The notes below the pieces were generated by a model. That model did not search any database. It saw only the letters and a program-made list of their open reading frames with translations, and was not told the origin of the DNA. This document shows, one piece after another, positions 56,962 through 64,000 of a DNA stretch of 64,000 bases. Positions within the stretch are counted from its first letter, which is position 1. Each line of letters starts with the position of its first letter. The stretch is from Phaeosaccion multiseriatum (lineage: Eukaryota; Protista; Ochrophyta, other classes), in contig OZ218954.1 of the NCBI GenBank assembly GCA_965112735.1, forward strand, positions 3,224,001 to 3,288,000, given 5' to 3'. A program made the position numbers and the translations under genes.

Positions 56962-57206
56962 CTGTAGGTCGTTTATCTCGTTGTTTGTTGTGTTGTGTGT
57001 GGTGTCTGTGCTTGAGGTTTAGGGGGATCAATTCCGGCCATAAAGCTGGAACTCAAACTGCGTCACTCTTTCTTGGACCTTTCCACCCTAATCCACCCTC
57101 ACTTTCATTTCCCCTTCCCTACTTCTCCACTACTCCAAGAAGCCCGTGTGTGTGTCGAGGGATCCTTGCTTCCTGACTTCGCGCGAGGGACAAAGAGATC
57201 CTTGGG
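56962..57206. promoter_or_regulatory. Probable bidirectional promoter, polyubiquitin/RBR-like E3
   Basis: The putative ubiquitin leader exon and the E3 ATG are under 250 bp apart, head to head. Confidence 0.45.
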
Positions 57207-60200
57207 ATGTGTGACTGCCCCGCCCCTGTTGCCATGCGGCGCTTGGTATCAGAGCCCGGGAAAGGCAAGAGGCTGAATAAGGGCGCTAAGGACGGAAGTG
57301 ACGGACGGAGCAGCAAAAAGGAGCACACTAGAATGCACAGCCAGGTCATTCAAACCTTCAAATGTGGGATTTGCTTGGAGGACAAGGCGAGAGTGACTGC
57401 GGCAGCCAAGGCTTCACCAGCAGCGAAGGACGAGCTTTGGGCCTGCCCGACTGAGGGCTGCTCTACAATGAACACCTTCTGTATGGGGTGTATCCAGGAC
57501 TTTCTGGTAGAGCAGGTGGCGTCCTCTCGCTACACCCTTCGCCAAATGAAGTGCCCTGGTTGTAGATCTCGGCTGCCCACCGGCCGCTGGAAGAGCTTGG
57601 TCTCGCCCACGGTAAGGGAACATCCCATCCCCCTTTTCCACTCGCGTGTCCCCACTAAGACAGAGAGCAGAATTTGAAGCCTATCAGCGTCCTCACGCCC
57701 TTCCTTCACTCCTCCTCCTACCTACCTAATCTCTCTCTCTCCATGCATAGGTCTTCAAACAGTATAGCGACAATCTGTGTGCCGTCACGTCAGTGCGATG
57801 CGAGGGGTGCGATGCGGACAGCAGCCTGCTGCGTTGCCTCGACATGGTTCCGCGCTGGGATGTAAGTCAAGCGGAGACTGTCCGGCACAACAAAAGCAAG
57901 CGCAAGCGGACAGTGAGGAATCTCATTGTCGATTATGGACTCACGCCGCCCGTCATGGATGAGCTCAGGTAGGACCCAGGGGGGGGGGGAAGTGGGCTGA
58001 GTTTCTGGGTTGTGGTGTCCGACTACTCCTTACGATGTGGTATGAACACACTCGTGTTTTTACGGTGGCCTTTTGCCGATCAGTGATTCAACGCACAACA
58101 ACACAATAGTCTTTTCTGTGGTGTGATGTGTGATGGTTACGGCGGTTGTGTGTGTGTACTAATTTTGCTTGAATTACGCGTGTACATGTGTGTGTATATG
58201 CACGTAGGGAGGCTTTTGACACGTACGGAAAAGGTCTGAGCAAAGCGGAGGACATGGTCGACACACTCAAGCGGCTTCTCTTCTCAGATGTGGAGGAGTT
58301 GAGGGGAGGAGGGGGAAGGGCAAAGACCGCCAAGGAGGCAGCAGAGACAGTGGCGGGAGCAGCAGCAGCAGCAGCAACAGCTACAGTAGCAGCAGCAACC
58401 GCAGCAGCGGCAGTAGCGGTAGCAGTGGCAGCAGTGGCAGGAGGAGAGGCTGGAGGAGGGGAAGGAGCGGCGAGCGAGGCAGCAGCAACAGCAGCAGCAG
58501 CAGAAGGGGCCGTAGGAGCCGCAGCTGCAGCGGGAGAAGCAGCGGAAGAAGCCGCAGCGGTAGCGGCAGCAGCACTAGCGGCCGCAGTAGCAGCAGCAGG
58601 AGAGGAAGGAGCGGCGAGCGGGGCAGCAGCAGCAGCAGGAGATTCAGCAGCAAGAGCAGCAAGATCAGTATCAGCAGCAGTAGCAGCAGCAGCAGCACTT
58701 GGTGAAACAGCAGCAACAGCAGCACTTGGTAATACAGCAGGAGCAGCAGCGCTTGCTGATGCAGCAGCAGTAGCCGGAGCGGCAGCAGGAGAGGCAGGAG
58801 CCGCTGCAGACGCAGTACGAGATGCAGCATCTGATGCGGAAGAAGCCGCAGCAGCAGCAGCAGCAGCAGCAGAAGAAGCAGCAGTTGGTGATACGGGAGG
58901 AGAAATGGAGGGGGAGGACATGGGCCTCATGAGCTGGGAGGACGCACACGCTGTGTGGGAGAAGGTACGGTATTAGCAGTGGTACTGTACAGTTTGTGTG
59001 CCTTGTACTGAAAGGCATCTCTCCCCCACCGTTCCATGCTTCTTTCGCCTGTGTATGTTTGTGTGTGCATGTCTGTGTATGTGTGCTTGAGTGTGTTTCA
59101 CCTTGAAACGTATCGTTATCATACTGTGTATGTATGTGTGTGTGTGTTGTGCGTCCTTTCTTGATGACTGACCAAGCTCTCTACTCCTTCCTCATGAATG
59201 TACCCCCTCCTATTCCCTCTCTCGTTCTCGCTCCCCCCCCTCCCTCTATCATTCTCCCTCTCCCCCTCCCTCTCTATCATTCTCTCTCTCCCTGTCTCTC
59301 TCCACCCCCTTCTCTCTACGTGTGGTTGTCGTCAATCACTGACATAGTGCACGGAGGTCGTCATGTATAGTGTCCTCCCGCTGGTGCCCGACCTGGAGCG
59401 AAGAGCATCGCTGCTTGTGGCATGGCTCAGGCGCTACCCCTTCATCATTCTCAACACATGTGGATATGGAAACCGAGCCCTGTCTCAGGGGGAGGCGGGG
59501 GAGGCGGAGGAGGAGGATGCCATCGCGGAGCATCTCGATTGTGATGCTGAGTATTGCTTCACCTGCCAGGTGGGTGGGTGTTTGGTGTTTGGTGTTTGAG
59601 TTGTAGGGTATGGCGGCCTTGCCATTCGTGAGTGTCAATTTGGATGGGACGCAGCTCTGTGACGCGATCGATTTTAGTCCAACAGTAACTTGAAACTGAA
59701 ACGGTGAGCATCCGCACCCCGCACCCCTACCTACCACTACCACCGCAGGTGGGATACTGGCATTCGGGCACCACATGCAGGGAGAACGCTCAGATGGAGC
59801 TGGAGAATAGCGATGGGGAGGTGGGCGGGGAGGGCGTGCAGATGTGCCCAGCGTGTCTGGTGCCAACCATGCGCACAGAGGGCTGCAGCCACATCATCTG
59901 TGTGTGCGGTCACAACTGGGAGTGGGAGGAGGAGGATGAGGAGGACACGGAGGATGGAGGCAGCGACGACGGACGCAGAGAGGGTCGCCGCGAGGGCATG
60001 TCCGGGAACTTGCTCTTGCATATCGACGAAGTAGAGGATGACTTGTTTGGTGGTCTCTTCTCCCCTGTGAGACGGGCGGCGGAGGTGGCAGAGGCAGCAC
60101 ACCAACGGGAGCTGGAGCAAGGCGGACTCCTCTTTGCGTTGGAGGAAGAAGAGGAGGATGTTCTAGGGATTCTCTTTTCTCCCGGAGGAGGAGGAGGAGG

Positions 60201-60384
60201 AGGAGGAGGAGAAACGTGGGGGTATCGGGCGGGGGTTTGGCGGCACGGGTATCGCCTCATCAGCAGCCTGCTTTGGGGCGACGAGGAGGAAGACGACGCG
60301 GAGGAGGGGGGGGAGGAGGAGAGGGTGGAGGCGGGCGGGGAGGATGAAGAGGAGGAGCTCATGCCTGATTGCGTGATTGCATGA
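57207..60384 (+). CDS. Atypical RING-between-RING (RBR)-like E3 ubiquitin ligase (5 exons)
   Basis: RING1-like CGIC…CPTEGC…CMGC…CPGC; interrupted IBR-like RCEGC……CDAEYCFTCQVGYWHSGTTC; RING2-like CPAC…TEGCSHIICVCG. Introns ~57612-57750, 57969-58208, 58965-59348, 59570-59748. Confidence 0.8.
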
Positions 60385-60733
60385 AGAGGCGAGAAGACGA
60401 GGAGGAGAAGTCAAGTGTATGTACTTTGGTCGGCGGCTTGTTTGGGTGGGTGGGGTGAGTCCATGCCCATCGAGAAGCTCTTTTGGTTCGGCACACACAG
60501 TATATAGAGCGATGGGTCCAATGCACATAGGTAGAGAGGTAGAGGAGGGGAGAGATTTTGAGGGTTTTTTTACTCAGGGAATTTATCAGGTCGCTTGGTT
60601 TATTGTTGTACTTTAGACTTTAGATAGGGAGGGGGGGGATTTGTTTTTGTTTTTGTACATCTTGGCTCACTAAATACTTAAGGCGAAACTGAAACTGAGG
60701 CCCCAAAAATGGAATATAATCAAAAAATCAAAA

Positions 60734-61990
60734 TCAGACGTGCTTGGTGAAGAAGTCTGCAACCAGCTGCACCGCCTCAGCGGCCTGTTTGGCGTTGTCC
60801 TCGTTGCCAAAGTCCGCCCTCCCCTGCACCCCTGAATGTGTGTGGCAGTGAGGACATGGGGAGAAGGAGGGTGGGGGAGGTTAGGGAAATTTTTTCAAAT
60901 TTTTTCCCTCAAGAGTTTGACACTACATAAAAGGGGGGGAGGGTGCAGGGAGGGAGGGAGGGAAGTGACACATGTATGGGCAAAAAGCGGGGAGCAGGAT
61001 CCCCTTGCGGGGCAAAAACAGACGGCGCGGCCGACGCAGAGGTTTGATCCCCCGATCGACACAAGTTTCTTGACAGGAAAATGTTTGATGCTGCATGCCA
61101 TCTTGATAGGCGTGGCAAACAACGGCATCTGATCCCCACTTTCGCGATAATCTTCTCTCTCTCGTGCTCTCCCACACTGTCCCTCCTCCTTTCTCCTTAC
61201 TTCCCTCCCTCCCTTTCCCCCCTTCCTCCCTCCCTGCAACACCAACACACTCACATCCGTGGAACATGTCCGGAAAGTGCTTGATAAAGGTCGTGTCTCG
61301 CTTCTCCAGCACGGGCCTTACCACGTCCATCAAGTCGCCGTCATCCTGTGAGTAAGGAGGAGGAGCAGAGCACCAACAGGTGAGGAAAGACAAAAGATTA
61401 TGACAAGATTGGAGACCAAAGAGGACAGGAAGCGAGGACGGAGGGACGGAGGGAGGGAGGGAAGGAGGGAGGAAAGAAGAGAGGGAGGGAGGGAGGGACG
61501 GAGGGACGGACGGAGGGAGGGAGGGAGGGAGGGAGGACACGAGGCCGACAGGACAGCGACCTGTGTCTGCCTCTAAGCGTTGGGTACCCATACCCAATCC
61601 TACCTTACTGCTCAGGAAGCAAAGAGGGACGGTGGCCTTCTCCACTTGCTGACGATCGATCATGGCGGGGTGGCATGTCGCCCCTGCCTTGGCGAGGCCG
61701 CTGTTCACCACCTTCGCACGGTAAGGCAGGTACGTAGGTTAATATGTATGTAGGTACGTAGGCCAGATGGATGGATGGATGGATGGGTAAGTAGATGAGA
61801 GATGGATGAATGGATGAATAAGTAGATTAAAGGTGGAAGAGACATGGGGCAGATACATGAATAGACAGTTGGGTAAAAATAAAAGACGATAATTAGTTGG
61901 ATAGGGGATATTTAGGGACTTGCATGCCTCGCTACATGTGTGAAGGCGCCTCACACACGTTCGCCCAAAGGAAATGCACAGGTCGGTGGC

Positions 61991-62030
<40 letters not shown>

Positions 62031-63300
62031 GGTGCGTTTGTGCGTGTGTGTCTTGGGGGGGTGGATGTGGGGAGTGCCTCCATTCCCTGCCCCATCCTCT
62101 TTCCCTCCTCCCTATCACACACATACGCTCACGCACATACACACACATGCACACACACGCACGTACACACACACACATCCACACACACATACATACACAC
62201 ACACGCACACATGCACACACCAAGCAAGGGGAGCGTACCACCAACCACTGAAGACGTACCTCCATCATCATCTTCCCTCCCCAGCAGAAGCCAACACAGC
62301 CGAAGCTTTGAACGCTGTAGGCAGCCAACGTTTACACGGGAAGAGGAGAGAGAGAACCACTTTCAAGGTTAGTTGTTTGTCCTTGATTTTGCTTGGCTGA
62401 CCCTGTTTGATCCTCGGTCCTTCCTTTCCCTGTGGCGGAAATGGTTGCCCCTCCTTCTCTCCGCTCCGTCTCTCCCCCCCCCCCTTCTCCCCCCCTCCTC
62501 ATCCTCACCCTTCGCTTCTCATGGCAGCTTGCACAGCCTCGACGACGGGCTTAATCTTTTCTTCAAAGCCGAAGCTGCCCACCCAGGCCTTGAACTCCTC
62601 GGGCTTAGGGGGGGGGAAGTTGGACAGAGCCCACTGAGTAGGGCGAGAGAGAGAAGGGTGGGAGAGGGAGGGAGAGAGAGAGGATAATAGAAGAGAGGGT
62701 GAGGGAGGGGGGGCGAAGGGGGGGTGCGAGAGAGAGACGAGGAGAGTACACAAATCAAGGGTTACGACAGGACAGAGAGAGTCGAGCGGGTTACCCCTCT
62801 CCACCCTACTTCCTTAACCCTCGTTCCAAGTGAGCGCACTCACCGGGTTGCCATTGAAGAAATCGGGGATGGCCACGTAGAAGCCGGCCTTGGAGAGGGT
62901 GTCGGCAACCTGAATGTCGGCGACGGAAGGAGAAGGGTTTTTCGTCAGTTAATGCGGAGCGAAACGAGCAAACAGCCCGCGTTCGAGTGGTTGGACCGCA
63001 ATTAAATCTTTCATCCGCTTACTTGCCTGCTTCGATTGGGAAGAAGGCCCAAAGATATCGTACACCTGGGGAGGAGGAGGGAGGAGGGAACACGACGTAA
63101 GTGGGGGAAGAAAAGAAGAAGAAAGAAGGGAGAATTGAGACTTCCCGCCCAGTAGCTCAGCGACTTACATGGATGATCCCCTTTGCTCCCGGAGTGCCCG
63201 CGAAATACACACTGACTCCTCCCATCTCCTTCGTCACGCCCTTGGGCTCGTAGGATACGTCCAATACCCCTGGCAGGTCCGAGGGGCAACAGGTGGCCAT
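60734..63300 (-). CDS. Dienelactone hydrolase family (alpha/beta hydrolase), 8 exons
   Basis: MATCCP…VYDIFG…VADTLSKAGFYVAIPDFFNG…GCVGFCWGG (nucleophile Cys)…HP…SKDD…MFHGW…RADF. One GC-AG intron. Confidence 0.92.
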
Positions 63301-64000
63301 CTTTGCCGAGTGCTTGCTGCTGAGGTGGGAAACAGCAGTATAGATCAGCAGCAGTACCAGCAGCTTCTGAGGAGGGGGAGGAGGAGGAGGAGGAGGGAGA
63401 AGCACGTGGAGAAACCAAATGTGAATTAGAGAACCACCTTCTCTCCCTTTTTTTGTCGAGCGGCTCTCGGGCTAGAACAGAACACAATAATTAACACTTT
63501 CATTTAAAACAACCAAGGGAGTGCAAAACCAGTAGAAGGTTCTCTTGAGAGGTGTGAGCCTGGTGCTACGTCCTTACTTTGGGGTTGAAGAGACAGGAGG
63601 ATTTGAGAAAGAAAGGGATATCTTGCCCCGTAGGAATTGCGTATTAGCCTTTCCTTTTCCTTTTCAACAATAGCTGCTAGTATCTGAAGCCGAGCGCAGG
63701 TCAAGGAAGAATCCCTCCCTCCTGGTCGTATCCCTGGTGAGTTTGCATCTCGCAGGGTATGCCTCCCGCCGTTACCCCACGAATGTGTGAACCCGTCTGC
63801 AACGCAACGCCCGGCTTTCTTTCGGGGTACTCTACCGGCTGGGCTTACTCTCCTCCCCACCCCCACCCCTTTATACTCCTTTTGCATCCCTCTTTCAGAA
63901 TGGCTTGAGCTGAATCTAAACTAAGAATCCTGTGTTTCTTCCTCGTCTCCGTCTCCATCTATTTTTCCCATCTACCCCAATCCAGAGATTCCCACTCCCC

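Noticed and set aside
57018-61917. Isolated TT(T)AGGG words
   Set aside because: Single scattered copies, not telomeric arrays.
63504-63887. 127-aa minus ORF upstream of the hydrolase
   Set aside because: No motif or splice support; likely promoter or intergenic.

Overview
Gene-dense, intron-rich eukaryotic nuclear DNA. The ubiquitin sequence (…[17 protein letters not shown]…) and the gene and intron style suggest a stramenopile/ochrophyte alga; this is inference, not a database result. Most ORF-track entries are artefacts of simple repeats. Splicing by hand gives 13 protein-coding genes: a two-repeat (2x 6TM+CNBD) K+-type channel, a large Glu-rich tandem-repeat protein, a USP deubiquitinase, TMEM234, a Cys-rich modular type-I membrane protein, a NUDX23-like Nudix hydrolase, CAF1/CNOT7, a PhoA-type alkaline phosphatase, a TMF1-like golgin, a hotdog thioesterase ending in SKL, pentameric polyubiquitin, an atypical RBR-like E3 and a dienelactone hydrolase. 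The most unusual signals are at DNA/RNA level. (1) The 11-mer GTTGGTGRTAC has 15 exact copies, on both strands, in several reading frames and in introns. (2) Introns are polarised, with G-rich repeats 5' and often complementary C-rich repeats 3'. (3) (CCCT)n polypyrimidine tracts are hyper-expanded; one leaves about 2.3 kb with no adenosine before the 3' AG, which implies an extremely distant branch point. (4) Several satellites are built from splice-signal words. No rRNA, tRNA, CRISPR or autonomous transposon could be supported.
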